NCBI GenBank assembly: GCA_963715975.1
Contig: CAVQSO010000012.1
Coordinates: forward strand, 14,407-78,406
Source: an uncultured Flavobacteriaceae bacterium
GTDB taxonomy: Bacteria; Bacteroidota; Bacteroidia; Flavobacteriales; Flavobacteriaceae
Reading direction: 5' to 3'
DNA: 64,000 bases
This document shows, piece after piece, positions 33,440 to 44,538 of the stretch. Numbering within the stretch: the stretch's first letter is position 1; every line of letters starts with the position of its first letter. The notes beneath the pieces are model-generated. The model did no database searches. It saw only the letters and a list, made by a program, of their open reading frames with translations, and was not told where the DNA came from. Both the position numbers and the translations under genes were made by a program.

Positions 33440-34006
33440 ATGAAAAACATTTTAGTAATAGATAATTACGATTCCTTTACCTATAATCTGGTGCATTATT
33501 TGCATGATCTGGGCTGTGAAGTAACGGTCAAAAGAAATGATAAGCTGAGTTTGGAAGAAGTTGAAGGATTTGAAAAGATTTTATTGTCGCCTGGCCCGGG
33601 CATTCCGGATGAGGCAGGTCTGCTAAAACCGATCATCAAAAAGTACGGATCCACCAAGAGTATTTTAGGGATTTGTTTGGGGCAGCAAGCCATAGCAGAA
33701 GTATATGGAGGCAGTATTGAGAATTTAAATAAAGTGTATCACGGTGTGTCAACCATGATAGAAAGAGTTAATGATGACCCTGTTCTATATAAAGATATCC
33801 CAGTAGAGTTAGAAGTTGGCAGGTATCATTCATGGGTGGTCTCCAAAGATTTACCCCAGGAACTGATTGTAACTTCTGTAGATGAGAACGGTGAGATCAT
33901 GTCCTTAAGACATCTGACGCATGATGTTCGGGCAGTGCAATACCATCCTGAATCGATCCTGACCCCTGAGGGGAAAAAAATGTTGAAAAACTGGGTAGAA
34001 TCATAA
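33440..34006 (+). CDS. trpG: anthranilate synthase component II
   Basis: IDNYDSFTYNL, SPGPG, GICLG, RYHS, HPES. Confidence 0.95.
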   Translation: MKNILVIDNYDSFTYNLVHYLHDLGCEVTVKRNDKLSLEEVEGFEKILLSPGPGIPDEAGLLKPIIKKYGSTKSILGICLGQQAIAEVYGGSIENLNKVYHGVSTMIERVNDDPVLYKDIPVELEVGRYHSWVVSKDLPQELIVTSVDENGEIMSLRHLTHDVRAVQYHPESILTPEGKKMLKNWVES

Positions 34007-34030
34007 GCCCATAATGAATAGTAGCAAATA

Positions 34031-35023
34031 ATGAGAGAAATACTAAATCGTCTGATCAATCAGGAAACTATTTCGAAGAAGGAAGCCAAGAATGTCTTGG
34101 TCAATATTTCAAAAGGGATCTATAATACCAGTCAGATTGCCTCTTTTTTAACCGTCTATATGATGAGAAGTATATCGGTGGAAGAACTTGACGGGTTTCG
34201 CGAAGCCCTATTAGAGCTATGTTTGCCTATAAACCTTTCTGATTTTAACACTATAGATCTTTGTGGCACCGGAGGCGATGGAAAGGATACGTTCAATATT
34301 TCAACCTTAGCCTCTTTTGTTACTGCAGGAGCAGGTGTAAAGGTTGCCAAACACGGAAATTACGGAGTCTCATCTTCATGCGGATCGTCTAATGTCCTGG
34401 AGTATCTTGGTATCAGGTTTTCCAATGATGAAGCATTTTTACAACGTTCCATAGACAAGGCCGGAATCTGTATATTGCATGCTCCTTTATTTCACCCCGC
34501 TATGAAAAACGTGGCACCCATCAGAAAAGAATTAGGGGTAAAGACCTTTTTTAATATGTTGGGACCTATGGTAAATCCATCTTTTCCACAAAACCAAATG
34601 GTAGGTGTTTTTAATTTAGAACTAGCCAGAATGTATGGGTATTTATACCAAACTACAGATAAGAATTATGCCATTTTGCACGATCTCGCCGGATATGATG
34701 AAATTTCCTTGACCGATCGCACGAAAATGATCACTAATGATGAAGATAAGATGGTTATCCCATCAGACCTGGGCATTGAGCAGATCAGGCAAGATGCTAT
34801 TTATGGAGGTAAAACAGTTAGTGAAAGTGCCGAGATCTTTGAAAAGGTGCTTAGAGCGGAAGGGACAGTGGCCCAATCTAATGTAGTTTGTGCCAATGCC
34901 GGATTGGCCATTTCAGTTGTCAATAAGATCAGTCATCGGGAAGGCTTCGAACTGGCAAAGGAATCACTTTATGGAAAAAAGGCCTTACATGTATTTAAGC
35001 AATTACGTGAGATCAGTAGTTAA
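34031..35023 (+). CDS. trpD: anthranilate phosphoribosyltransferase
   Basis: DLCGTGGDG, FNIST, KHGN. Confidence 0.96.
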   Translation: MREILNRLINQETISKKEAKNVLVNISKGIYNTSQIASFLTVYMMRSISVEELDGFREALLELCLPINLSDFNTIDLCGTGGDGKDTFNISTLASFVTAGAGVKVAKHGNYGVSSSCGSSNVLEYLGIRFSNDEAFLQRSIDKAGICILHAPLFHPAMKNVAPIRKELGVKTFFNMLGPMVNPSFPQNQMVGVFNLELARMYGYLYQTTDKNYAILHDLAGYDEISLTDRTKMITNDEDKMVIPSDLGIEQIRQDAIYGGKTVSESAEIFEKVLRAEGTVAQSNVVCANAGLAISVVNKISHREGFELAKESLYGKKALHVFKQLREISS

Positions 35024-35031
35024 AATTAAGC

Positions 35032-35826
35032 ATGAAGATGAATATATTAGATAAAATTATCATAGATAAAAGGGAGGAAGTAGCTTCAAAAAAGAAGTTG
35101 ATACCCCTATCCTATTTGGTGAAGTCACCACTTTTGGAAAGAGAGGCTCTATCCCTGTCACAAAGTATTTTGGACGGCAGCGGTATTATAGCTGAATTTA
35201 AGAGAAGAAGCCCATCGAAACAGGTCATCAACCATAGAGATGGTATCATTGAGGTAGTGCGTGGATATGAAAATGCAGGAGCATCAGGAATATCAGTTTT
35301 GACAGATACAAAATATTTTGGAGGTTCACTGGACGACCTTATACAGGCCCGTGATCATCTCAATATTCCTTTGCTTAGAAAGGAATTTATCATAGATCCT
35401 TATCAGATTTATGAGGCCAAAGCATTTGGTGCGGATGCCATTTTGTTGATCGCTGCAGTATTGAGCCCTGAGGAGGTCACTTTGTTTTCTCAGTTGGCAC
35501 ATCAGCTGGATGTAGAAGTACTCTTAGAGGTGCATAATGAAGATGAGCTTAAACGTTCAGATCTTGATCATGTGGACCTTGTAGGTGTGAACAACAGAAA
35601 CCTGAAAACTTTTGAAGTGAGCCTCGAAACCAGTAAAAAATTATCTTCCATGATTCCTGACGATAAGATAAAAATATCCGAAAGTGGTATTAGTTCAGTG
35701 GAATCTATTTTGACCTTGAAACAATTTGGATACAAAGGATTTTTGATTGGTGAAAATTTTATGAAATCAGATGATCCGGGAAAATCAGCAGCAGAATTTA
35801 TTGTAGCACTTGGTTATGAAAATTAA
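35032..35826 (+). CDS. trpC: indole-3-glycerol phosphate synthase
   Basis: IAEFKRRSPSK, SVLTD, LRKEF, GVNNRNL, SESGI. Confidence 0.96.
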   Translation: MKMNILDKIIIDKREEVASKKKLIPLSYLVKSPLLEREALSLSQSILDGSGIIAEFKRRSPSKQVINHRDGIIEVVRGYENAGASGISVLTDTKYFGGSLDDLIQARDHLNIPLLRKEFIIDPYQIYEAKAFGADAILLIAAVLSPEEVTLFSQLAHQLDVEVLLEVHNEDELKRSDLDHVDLVGVNNRNLKTFEVSLETSKKLSSMIPDDKIKISESGISSVESILTLKQFGYKGFLIGENFMKSDDPGKSAAEFIVALGYEN

Positions 35827-36451
35827 GATTTGCGGAATGAAATATGAGCAGAATATCGTGTCGGTTGCAGCTTTGCAACCCGACTATCTTGGCTTTATAT
35901 TTTATAAAGGATCAAAACGTTATTTTGACGGAGAAATACCAAATATTGGAACTGATATTAAAAAAGTAGGTGTTTTTGTGAACGAGCATGGATCGGTTAT
36001 AAATGGTCTGATTCAAAAGCATGGGTTAAAGGGAGTACAGTTACATGGCGATGAATCTGCTTATTTTTGTGAGGAGCTGAAAGCATCAAATGAACCAGAC
36101 ATTGAAATTATCAAAGCTTTTGCTATAGCTGAGGATTTTGATTTTAGTCGCTTAAAAGATTATATGCCTGTTTGTGATTATTTTCTGTTTGATACCAAAG
36201 GCAAAGAAAGAGGAGGAAATGGCACCTTGTTTGATTGGACCATCCTGGGGCAATATACTTTTAACAAACCTTTTTTTCTAAGTGGAGGAATTGGGCTTGC
36301 TGAAATAGATCTTGTACAATCATTTTTAAAATCGCCTTTGTCAAATTATTGTTATGCCTTAGATGTCAACAGTAAATTTGAAAGTGAACCAGGAGTAAAG
36401 AAGGTGGATGAATTAAAAAAGTTTATTGAATTAACAGTTAAAGAGAAATAA
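35816..36451 (+). CDS. trpF: phosphoribosylanthranilate isomerase
   Basis: KICGM, GFIF..S.R, VQLHGDE, GGNG..FDW, LSGG. Confidence 0.95.
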   Translation: MKIKICGMKYEQNIVSVAALQPDYLGFIFYKGSKRYFDGEIPNIGTDIKKVGVFVNEHGSVINGLIQKHGLKGVQLHGDESAYFCEELKASNEPDIEIIKAFAIAEDFDFSRLKDYMPVCDYFLFDTKGKERGGNGTLFDWTILGQYTFNKPFFLSGGIGLAEIDLVQSFLKSPLSNYCYALDVNSKFESEPGVKKVDELKKFIELTVKEK

Positions 36452-37639
36452 ATGAAAAAGTCTTATCACGCAGATGAAAAAGGTTATTATGGAGTATTTG
36501 GAGGCTCATTTGTTCCTGAAATGTTGTATCCCAATATGGAAACATTGCAGCGATCATATTTAAAGATTATGAATGAGCCGTCTTTTAAGGAGGAATTTCA
36601 TGCGCTTTTAAAAGACTATGTCGGAAGGCCGTCTCCTTTATATCTTGCCAAAAGATTATCTGAGAAATATGGAGCCAGGATTTATTTAAAGAGGGAAGAT
36701 CTTAACCACACAGGTGCTCATAAGATCAACAATACCATAGGTCAGATCTTGTTGGCAAAAAGGCTGGGAAAGAAGCGAATTATTGCAGAAACAGGGGCAG
36801 GTCAACATGGAGTAGCCACTGCGACGGTTTGCGCTTTGGCCGGTGTGGAATGTACGGTCTATATGGGTGAAATAGATATTGCCAGACAAGCTCCTAATGT
36901 TGCCAGAATGAAAATGCTCGGAGCCAAAGTGGTGGCAGCTACTTCGGGAAGTAAAACCTTGAAAGACGCTACAAATGAAGCCATAAGAGCCTGGATCAAT
37001 GATCCGGTCGAAATACACTATATCATTGGATCAGTTGTAGGGTTTCATCCTTACCCTGATATGGTAGCAAGATTTCAATCTGTGATTTCAGAGGAAATGA
37101 AATGGCAATTAATGGAAAAGGAAAATACTGAAAATCCCGATTATATTATTGCCTGTGTAGGAGGTGGCAGCAATGCTGCAGGAGCATTCTATCATTACCT
37201 TGATCAGGAAAAAGTAAAGCTCATTGCGGTTGAAGCTTCAGGTAAAGGAATCAATTCAGGTGAATCTGCAGCAACCAGTGTTCTTGGAAAAGAAGGTATC
37301 ATACACGGTAGTAAGACGCTTCTCATGCAAACTGAAGACGGTCAGATCATCGAGCCTTATTCTATTTCTGCCGGGCTGGATTATCCGGGAGTTGGACCAC
37401 AACACGCCCATCTTTTTACCTCCGGAAGAGCTGAGTTTCTGAATGCCACGGATGACGAAGCCATGCAGGCCGGATTGGAATTATCCAAGCTGGAAGGAAT
37501 TATTCCTGCAATTGAAACATCGCATGCATTGGCAGCTCTTGCAAAAATAAAGTTTGAACCAGAAGACATTGTTGTCGTAAATCTGTCTGGTAGAGGAGAC
37601 AAGGACCTGGATACTTATATTGACTATTTCGATCTTTAA
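36452..37639 (+). CDS. trpB: tryptophan synthase beta chain
   Basis: [42 protein letters not shown]. Confidence 0.97.
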   Translation: MKKSYHADEKGYYGVFGGSFVPEMLYPNMETLQRSYLKIMNEPSFKEEFHALLKDYVGRPSPLYLAKRLSEKYGARIYLKREDLNHTGAHKINNTIGQILLAKRLGKKRIIAETGAGQHGVATATVCALAGVECTVYMGEIDIARQAPNVARMKMLGAKVVAATSGSKTLKDATNEAIRAWINDPVEIHYIIGSVVGFHPYPDMVARFQSVISEEMKWQLMEKENTENPDYIIACVGGGSNAAGAFYHYLDQEKVKLIAVEASGKGINSGESAATSVLGKEGIIHGSKTLLMQTEDGQIIEPYSISAGLDYPGVGPQHAHLFTSGRAEFLNATDDEAMQAGLELSKLEGIIPAIETSHALAALAKIKFEPEDIVVVNLSGRGDKDLDTYIDYFDL

Positions 37640-37700
37640 GTGTGTAAATGAAAAGATTGACAATAATTGAGTGAAAAGATCAACTAAAAGTAAAAAAATA

Positions 37701-38487
37701 ATGAATAGAATAGAACAAAGTTTGTCGATGCATAATTCAAATGGAAAGGACCCAAAGAAACTTCTTTCCATTTATTTTACAGCAGGTTATCCGAACTTGA
37801 ACGATACCAGTCAAGTGATTAAACAATTGCAGGCATCGGGAGTTGATATGATCGAAATAGGCTTACCTTTTTCTGATCCTCTGGCAGATGGGCCCACAAT
37901 ACAGGCCAGTAGTACCAAGGCCTTGAACAATGGAATGACAACGGAAATATTATTTGACCAACTCAAGTCTATCAGGGATGAAGTTTCAATTCCCTTGCTC
38001 ATTATGGGCTATTTTAATCCGATCCTTCAGTATGGCATAGAAGCATTTTGTAAAAAATGTTCATGAAACCGGAATTGATGGATTGATCATTCCCGATCTT
38101 CCGGTAGATGTTTTTCATAAGGAGTATTTGCCCATTTTTGAAAAATACGGCCTTTACAACGTGTTTTTGATCACACCTCAGACAACTGATGAAAGGATCA
38201 AATATATTGATACGATCTCTAAGGGATTTATCTATATGGTTAGTTCGGCAAGTACAACAGGCGCAAAGAATTCTTTCGATCAGGATCAACAACAGTATTT
38301 CCAGCGTATTAAAAATCTCAGTTTAAAAACACCTCAGATCGTGGGGTTTGGTATCTCGAATCATGAAACTTTTGAGCAGGCAACACGTCATGCAAACGGG
38401 GCTATTATCGGATCGGCCTTTGTGAAGTTTTTAAAAGAACATTCCTTGGAGGAAATCCCCAGATTCGTGGACAGACATTCTAGTTGA
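37701..38487 (+). CDS. trpA: tryptophan synthase alpha chain; frameshift near 38063
   Basis: [17 protein letters not shown] and MGYFNP; then IIPDLP, VGFGI and GAIIGSA in another frame. Confidence 0.93.
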
Positions 38488-38493
38488 TCCGAA

Positions 38494-38533
38494 TTAACAT
38501 TATGGTAATATATTCTTAATTGTTCTTTAATTG
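38494..38533 (+). promoter_or_regulatory. four direct repeats with 11-bp period (Pho-box-like)
   Basis: taacat 38495, taatat 38506, taattg 38517, taattg 38528; upstream of a PhoR-like kinase. Confidence 0.55.
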
Positions 38534-38579
38534 AAAAGTCGCCTTTGCAATGGGAAATACAATTAATTTTGTCGATTAA

Positions 38580-40373
38580 TTGTACCTAAAAATTTACGGG
38601 TTGGCATTACTTAGGAAATTGGAGTACCGAAAGAGGATCTTCATTTATTTATCAGTAATATTTATCGTTTTTACAATCCTTGTATTATTGTTTCAGTACA
38701 AAAGGGAACGTGATTTTAAACGCGACCAGATTGAAGTTAACCTGAATAACATAGCCGAGCTTACGTATAATTTTATCCAAAGAAAAGGATTGGAAAAGCA
38801 AGGAGATTTGGGCTCTCTGGATTCACTTTACCTCTACATCCCAAATCAAAATATCAGGGTTACTGTTCTCGACAGAACTGGGCGGGTTCTTTATGATTCA
38901 GAGGTGGAGGAGATCATAAAAATGGAAAACCACCTGCACCGGCCCGAGATTCAAAAGGCCTTGACAGATGGTAATGGATCCAATATACGGGAATCGGCCA
39001 CTACGGGTTATGAGTATTATTATTATGCCAAAAGTTATACGGATCTATTTGTTCGGACTGCTGCTCATTATGATGTAGAAGTAAAAAACTTTTTAGGAGT
39101 TGAAAAACTTTTTATTTTTTATCTGATCACCTTGTTTCTTGTCACATGGTGGTTTATTAGTTTGATCACCAAAAATCTATCAAGCGCATTATTCAAGCTT
39201 AAGGACTTTGCGACCCGACTAAGTCATGGCGAGGAGGTTACTGAAAAAGTTGAGTTTCCTAAAGGTGAATTCGGTGAGATCAGTAAACAGATTGCCGAAA
39301 TTTATGACAAACTTACCGTCGCAAAAAGTAAGATCGAAATTGAAAAAAATAAGCTTTATTCGCATTTGATTGCCTTAAATGAAGGAATTGCCTTTTTTAC
39401 TCCTCATAAGAAGAAGATCCTCAGAAATAATCATTTTATACAGTATTTGAATATTATTTCTGATGAGACCAATATTTCAGAGGAACAGATCTTTCAGATC
39501 AAGGAGTTCAATAAACTCAATTCCTTTTTGGATAAAAACCTGAAAGACGATGTACTCATTAAACAAAGTGAACTGCCCCATTTGGAGGAAATCATTTATA
39601 AGGGAGCCAGAACATTTAACCTGCATGCCATTATTTTCGCTGATAAAAGTTTTGAGTTAGTGATACGAGATATTACAAAACTTGAAAAGCAGAAAAAAAT
39701 TAAAGAAGAAATGACTGCAAATATTGCTCATGAATTAAAGACACCTATCATGATCATATTGGGTTATCTGGAGCTTTTAAAGGAAAATCATTTAGAGGAT
39801 TCAGACAGAAGCAGGTATATTTTAAATGCCTATTTGCAATCAGAAAGATTATCTGATCTGATTCAGGATATAACTTTACTGCAAAAAATGTCAGAAGCCA
39901 GGGATCGATTTAAGTTTGAGACGCTTAATTTAAACGAACTCATCTTTGAAGTAAAAGAATCCCTTAATATAAGCTTAAAGGAAAAGGACATTGATGTAAA
40001 GATAAGGATGTCAAAACCCATATTGATCAAGGCAAACAAATCTTTGTTCATATCAGTTTTTTATAATCTCTTTGACAACGCCATTAAATATGGTGGCGAA
40101 CATATTGAGATTTGCCTTAACAATTATCTTGAAGATTCAAATTTTTATTACTTCTCTTTTTCAAACACGGGTAACAGTATAGACGAGAGGCATTTTCTTA
40201 GAGTATTTGAAAGATTTTACAGGGTAGATGAAGATCGGTCAAGACCAAAGGGAGGAACGGGCTTGGGCCTTTCTATCGTTAAAAATGCCATTCAATTACA
40301 CGGAGGTGAGATTACTGTCGGAAGTTTAAAAGAAGGAGGTGTAGAGTTTCTTTTTACGCTGTCCAAATCTTAA
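38580..40373 (+). CDS. PhoR-like sensor histidine kinase (start codon uncertain)
   Basis: Periplasmic MENHLHRPEIQKAL...IRES.T motif typical of PhoR-like sensors; ANIAHELKTP, NLFDNAIKY, FERFYRVD..RSR..GGTGLGLSIVK. Confidence 0.85.
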   Translation: MYLKIYGLALLRKLEYRKRIFIYLSVIFIVFTILVLLFQYKRERDFKRDQIEVNLNNIAELTYNFIQRKGLEKQGDLGSLDSLYLYIPNQNIRVTVLDRTGRVLYDSEVEEIIKMENHLHRPEIQKALTDGNGSNIRESATTGYEYYYYAKSYTDLFVRTAAHYDVEVKNFLGVEKLFIFYLITLFLVTWWFISLITKNLSSALFKLKDFATRLSHGEEVTEKVEFPKGEFGEISKQIAEIYDKLTVAKSKIEIEKNKLYSHLIALNEGIAFFTPHKKKILRNNHFIQYLNIISDETNISEEQIFQIKEFNKLNSFLDKNLKDDVLIKQSELPHLEEIIYKGARTFNLHAIIFADKSFELVIRDITKLEKQKKIKEEMTANIAHELKTPIMIILGYLELLKENHLEDSDRSRYILNAYLQSERLSDLIQDITLLQKMSEARDRFKFETLNLNELIFEVKESLNISLKEKDIDVKIRMSKPILIKANKSLFISVFYNLFDNAIKYGGEHIEICLNNYLEDSNFYYFSFSNTGNSIDERHFLRVFERFYRVDEDRSRPKGGTGLGLSIVKNAIQLHGGEITVGSLKEGGVEFLFTLSKS

Positions 40374-40426
40374 AATAATCTGATCTAAAATGCTTTTTTG
40401 AATTTAGTATCTTTACCGAAAAAGCA

Positions 40427-41889
40427 ATGACACCTATTAATAAATTTTCGCTAAGAACCAGGATCTTTATAGCAATGATCTTCATTGTTGTTATTGCTTC
40501 CATTCTTATTGCTGCAGTTACGATCTATCAGTATAATGAGCAGGCAGAAGAATATCATAACATGCGGCTGGAAAGAAAGGAAGAGGCTATAAAAGCAGCT
40601 ATTACTTATGAGCTCGATCGGGATACCATAAAAGAATTTGAAACGATATTACTTCCAAGTATTTTGGAGAAGAAGCTCAATGAGATTTCTGATATTCACA
40701 ACCTTGATATAAATATTTATAATCTAAGTGGGGGATTGTTGAGAAGTTCATACGTGGATGATGCCACAGATACAACCGATACAAATCTGTCAAAAGATAT
40801 CATGAACTTGATTATGATTAATCCAGATCACCGAACGGTTGTTGCAAAAAACTAACGGTTGACGGGAATAAATTTAAATCTTCATATTCTTACTTGTTTG
40901 GATCTTATGACCAACCCATAGGTATCATAGGCGTTCCTTATCTTCAGGATAATACATTTCAGGAAGAAGAATTAAAGGAGTTTTTAGAGCGTTTGTCTCT
41001 TGTGTATATTTTAATTCTTTTTATAGCCATTGTCCTGGCTTATTTTCTTTCTAAGTATATTACAAAATCCTTGGAGAATGTAAGTAGAAGAATGCGTCAA
41101 ACAACGGTGGATCGATCAAATGAAAAGATCATTCTTAGTGATGCGAGTCAGGAGATCACAAATCTTGTGGATTCTTATAATAGTATGATCGATCAAATTG
41201 AAGACTCAGCGGTGAAGCTTGCTCAAAGTGAAAGAAAGCATGCATGGAGGGAAATGGCAAAACAAGTGGCCCATGAAATTAAGAATCCGCTCACACCTAT
41301 GCGTCTTACAGTACAAAGTTTTAATCATAATTTCGATCAGAATGATCCGGATATTCAATCAAAGTTGAATGAATTTTGTGAATCCCTGATCCAGCAAATA
41401 GATATCATGAGCCAGATTGCCTCAGCATTTTCAAATTTTGCTCAAATGCCAAGTGAGAATAAGGAAAAATTGAATATTGTAGAGGAGGTTAAAAAATCAC
41501 TTGATATTTTTCATGAACCCTTTATTAGTTATTTGCCTGAAAAGGAAGAAATCATAACTAAGGTGGATAAAATTCAATTGACACGAATTGTAACCAATTT
41601 GGTCACTAATGCGATTCATGCTTTGGTGAAATGCCCGGATCCATTTATAAAAGTGAGGGTCTATGAAACGAATGAAAATGTTTGTATCGAGGTGGAAGAT
41701 AACGGGAAGGGAATTGAAAAAGAAGATGCATCCAGAATATTCGAACCTAAATTTACTACAAAATCTAGTGGAATGGGACTGGGACTACCCATGGTTAAAA
41801 ATATTGTTGAAGCCTATAATGGCAGTATCACCTTTGTGTCAGGGGTCAATGAAAGCACAGTTTTTTCTGTATCTTTACCTAAAGAATAG
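40427..41889 (+). CDS. NtrY-like sensor histidine kinase; frameshift near 40850
   Basis: AWREMAKQVAHEIKNPLTPM H-box, DNGKGI, FTTKSSGMGLGL. Confidence 0.85.
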
Positions 41890-41909
41890 CAATACTTAAT
41901 TCATTTTTT

Positions 41910-42683
41910 ATGTCATATCAAAATATCATTGCAGAACATGAGGATCATCTTGGTTTTATCACCATAGATCGGCCTAAGAAGTTAAATGCCTTGAACATGG
42001 CTACAATTAAGGAACTACACGATGCCTTTGTTACTTTGAATGAAGATCAGGATATTCGTGCGATCATCGTCACAGGTAGTGGCGAAAAAGCATTTGTGGC
42101 TGGTGCCGATATCTCTGAGTTTGCAGATTTTGATGCCTCGCAAGGAAAGGAATTGGCGGCCAAAGGACAAAAGGAACTTTTTGATCTGGTAGCTGGACTT
42201 TCAACTCCGGTTATTGCTGCAGTCAATGGATTTGCCTTAGGAGGCGGTTTGGAGCTTGCTATGGCAAGTCACATTAGAGTGGCAAGTACTAATGCCAAAA
42301 TGGGTTTACCTGAGGTTTCCTTGGGCTTGATTCCAGGTTATGGTGGAACGCAAAGACTCCCTCAGCTGGTAGGCAGGGGAAAGGCATTGGAAATGATAAC
42401 AACAGGCGGTATGATCACTGCTGATGAAGCGTATTCCTATGGATTGGTCAATCATGTTGTTCCTCAGGAAGAACTACTTTCATTTTGTGAAGATCTTGGG
42501 AACAAAATTGCAAGAAACTCGCCAATAGCCATTGGAGCCGCCATAAAGGCCGTGAATGCCAATTATGACCCATCTGTAAATGGTTTTGAGGTTGAAATTG
42601 AAGCTTTTGGAAATTGTTTTGGCACAACTGATTTCGAAGAAGGAACCACTGCCTTTTTGGAAAAAAGGAAACCTCAATTCTAA
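41910..42683 (+). CDS. enoyl-CoA hydratase/crotonase family protein
   Basis: RPKKLNALN, AFVAGADI, GFALGGGLELA, PEV.LG.IPG.GGTQRL. Confidence 0.93.
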   Translation: MSYQNIIAEHEDHLGFITIDRPKKLNALNMATIKELHDAFVTLNEDQDIRAIIVTGSGEKAFVAGADISEFADFDASQGKELAAKGQKELFDLVAGLSTPVIAAVNGFALGGGLELAMASHIRVASTNAKMGLPEVSLGLIPGYGGTQRLPQLVGRGKALEMITTGGMITADEAYSYGLVNHVVPQEELLSFCEDLGNKIARNSPIAIGAAIKAVNANYDPSVNGFEVEIEAFGNCFGTTDFEEGTTAFLEKRKPQF

Positions 42684-42712
42684 TAAAATTTCGAGGCTTT
42701 AATACTTAAAAA

Positions 42713-43375
42713 TCACACTTTTCCATCCCATTCATCATAGAATTGCTGAAGGTAAAGTTGCATGAATTGATGTCTTTTTTCGGCTATTTTTCTAGCCGTT
42801 TCCGTATTCATTTTGTCTTTTAACAATAATAGTTTTTCATAGAAATGATTGATGGTAGGTGCCTTACTATTTTTATAACTCTCCTTATCTTGATCAAGAT
42901 TGGGCTCTATGTCAGGGTCGTATAAGGATCGATTTTTAAAACCTCCATAATTAAAGGCCCTGGCAATGCCAATGGCTCCTATGGCATCCAGTCTGTCTGC
43001 ATCTTGGATTACTTTTAGTTCCTCAGATTGAAATTGATCAGTATCTTTTTGATCCAGACTTGTTTTAAATGACACATATCGAATGATATGTTCAATATGT
43101 TCAATAATTTCTTCCTCTACTTGAAGACTTCTTAAAAAAGCTGCAGCTTTTTTAGGACCTATACTTTCATCCCCATTATGAAACTTGGCATCAGCTATAT
43201 CATGTAAAAGCGCCCCTAATTCGACTATTAAAAGGTTGACATTTTCACCTTCTGCAATGTGTTTTGCATTGTTATAAACCCTTTCAATATGAAACCAATC
43301 ATGACCTCCTTCGGCCCCTTCAAGGGTTTCTTTTACAAAAGAAGTGGTTTCTGCGATGAGATGTTTTTTATCCAT
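42713..43375 (-). CDS. HD domain phosphohydrolase (YedJ-like)
   Basis: GHDWFHIERV, LLHDIAD, QDADRLDAIGAIG, HFYEKLL. Confidence 0.9.
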   Translation of the reverse strand: MDKKHLIAETTSFVKETLEGAEGGHDWFHIERVYNNAKHIAEGENVNLLIVELGALLHDIADAKFHNGDESIGPKKAAAFLRSLQVEEEIIEHIEHIIRYVSFKTSLDQKDTDQFQSEELKVIQDADRLDAIGAIGIARAFNYGGFKNRSLYDPDIEPNLDQDKESYKNSKAPTINHFYEKLLLLKDKMNTETARKIAEKRHQFMQLYLQQFYDEWDGKV

Positions 43376-43385
43376 AATGCAAAAT

Positions 43386-43415
43386 AAAAAAACCTCTTCA
43401 TTAAAAGAGGTTTTT
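43386..43415 (-). terminator. probable terminator after brx and the lipoprotein gene
   Basis: aaaaaaacctctt...aagaggttttt. Confidence 0.6.
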
Positions 43416-43438
43416 AGCATAATATTTCGCTTCAATTC

Positions 43439-43821
43439 TTATTGAAAAATACCTACGCATTTTCCGTCAACACAAGTCCATACTGCTTGGCGGCATGGCT
43501 ACATAGCAATCAGACATGAATCTGTATTTTTCATTATAAGCTTTTTCCAACTCATTTAGTGTTTCAATTTTTGCGAAAAAACTTACTACATCAATAGAGT
43601 CTGAGTACACAATATATTCCCAGAAACCGCCACAGGGCTTGGCACCAATGCCAACACTATAACAAGTAAATTCTTCAGAGCATACCGATGCATCCAGCCA
43701 GGCTTTTGATCTCAACATTTAGATTGTCAATAACTGCTTTGTCAGCTTCCTGAGGTGTAATGTTACCGGAATCATCACAGTAAATTACCAAAAACGCCAA
43801 TAATGAGAAAAATAACTTCAT
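43439..43821 (-). CDS. Cys-rich putative lipoprotein (~126 aa); frameshifts near 43710 and 43475
   Basis: MKLFFSLLAFLVIYC signal (manual), C....C....GAKPCGG..EYIVYS, SDC...C..GKC. Confidence 0.65.
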
Positions 43822-43829
43822 GCTATGAA

Positions 43830-44240
43830 TTAACAAAATTCGTCATAGGCACCTGCAAGGTTTGCAGCAATCATTTCAGCCGATCTACCTTCGATATGAT
43901 GTCTTTCAAGCATATGGACCAATTGACCATCCTTGAACAAAGCGATAGAGGGAGATGAAGGAGGAAAAGGAATCATCATTTCTCTTGCTTTATTTGTTGA
44001 TTCAACATCTACACCTGCAAATACAGTAGTTAAGTGATCAGGACTTTTGTCAACCTGCAAGGAAGCAATTGCACCAGGTCTGGCCGTACCAGCAGCGCAA
44101 CCGCAAACTGAATTTACCATAACCAAAGTTGTTCCTTTTTTTTGCAAAGCCTCTTCTACGTCACTAGCTGTATATAATTCTTCAAAACCTGCTGTCACTA
44201 ATTCCTGACGCATAGGTTTTACCAATTCTTCTGGATACAT
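43830..44240 (-). CDS. BrxA/BrxB family bacilliredoxin
   Basis: [33 protein letters not shown]. Confidence 0.92.
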   Translation of the reverse strand: MYPEELVKPMRQELVTAGFEELYTASDVEEALQKKGTTLVMVNSVCGCAAGTARPGAIASLQVDKSPDHLTTVFAGVDVESTNKAREMMIPFPPSSPSIALFKDGQLVHMLERHHIEGRSAEMIAANLAGAYDEFC

Positions 44241-44303
44241 AATTTTATTTTTTTTAGTTAAATAATTTCGAATGCAAAGATAAGCAATGAAAAGATATTA
44301 TCA

Positions 44304-44335
44304 AGTGAGGGGCTAACTTAAGTTAGCCCCTCACT
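44304..44335. repeat. perfect 32-bp palindrome between divergent genes
   Basis: agtgaggggctaactt|aagttagcccctcact. Confidence 0.9.
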
Positions 44336-44538
44336 AATGTCAGAAAAATCAAAAGGTTAACATGGAGTTGAGTCTTTCTTATAAGTAAATGACCTTCACA
44401 TTGATGATCTATGACACGGGTTAAAACTTTTTTTTCATGGAAAAGCGTGTTGGTCAACTGAGATTTCACAAAATATTAAGCCCGTGATATACAAAAAATG
44501 TAGGCAGACCTGTATATTTGTGCTTTTAACAGTTGTAT

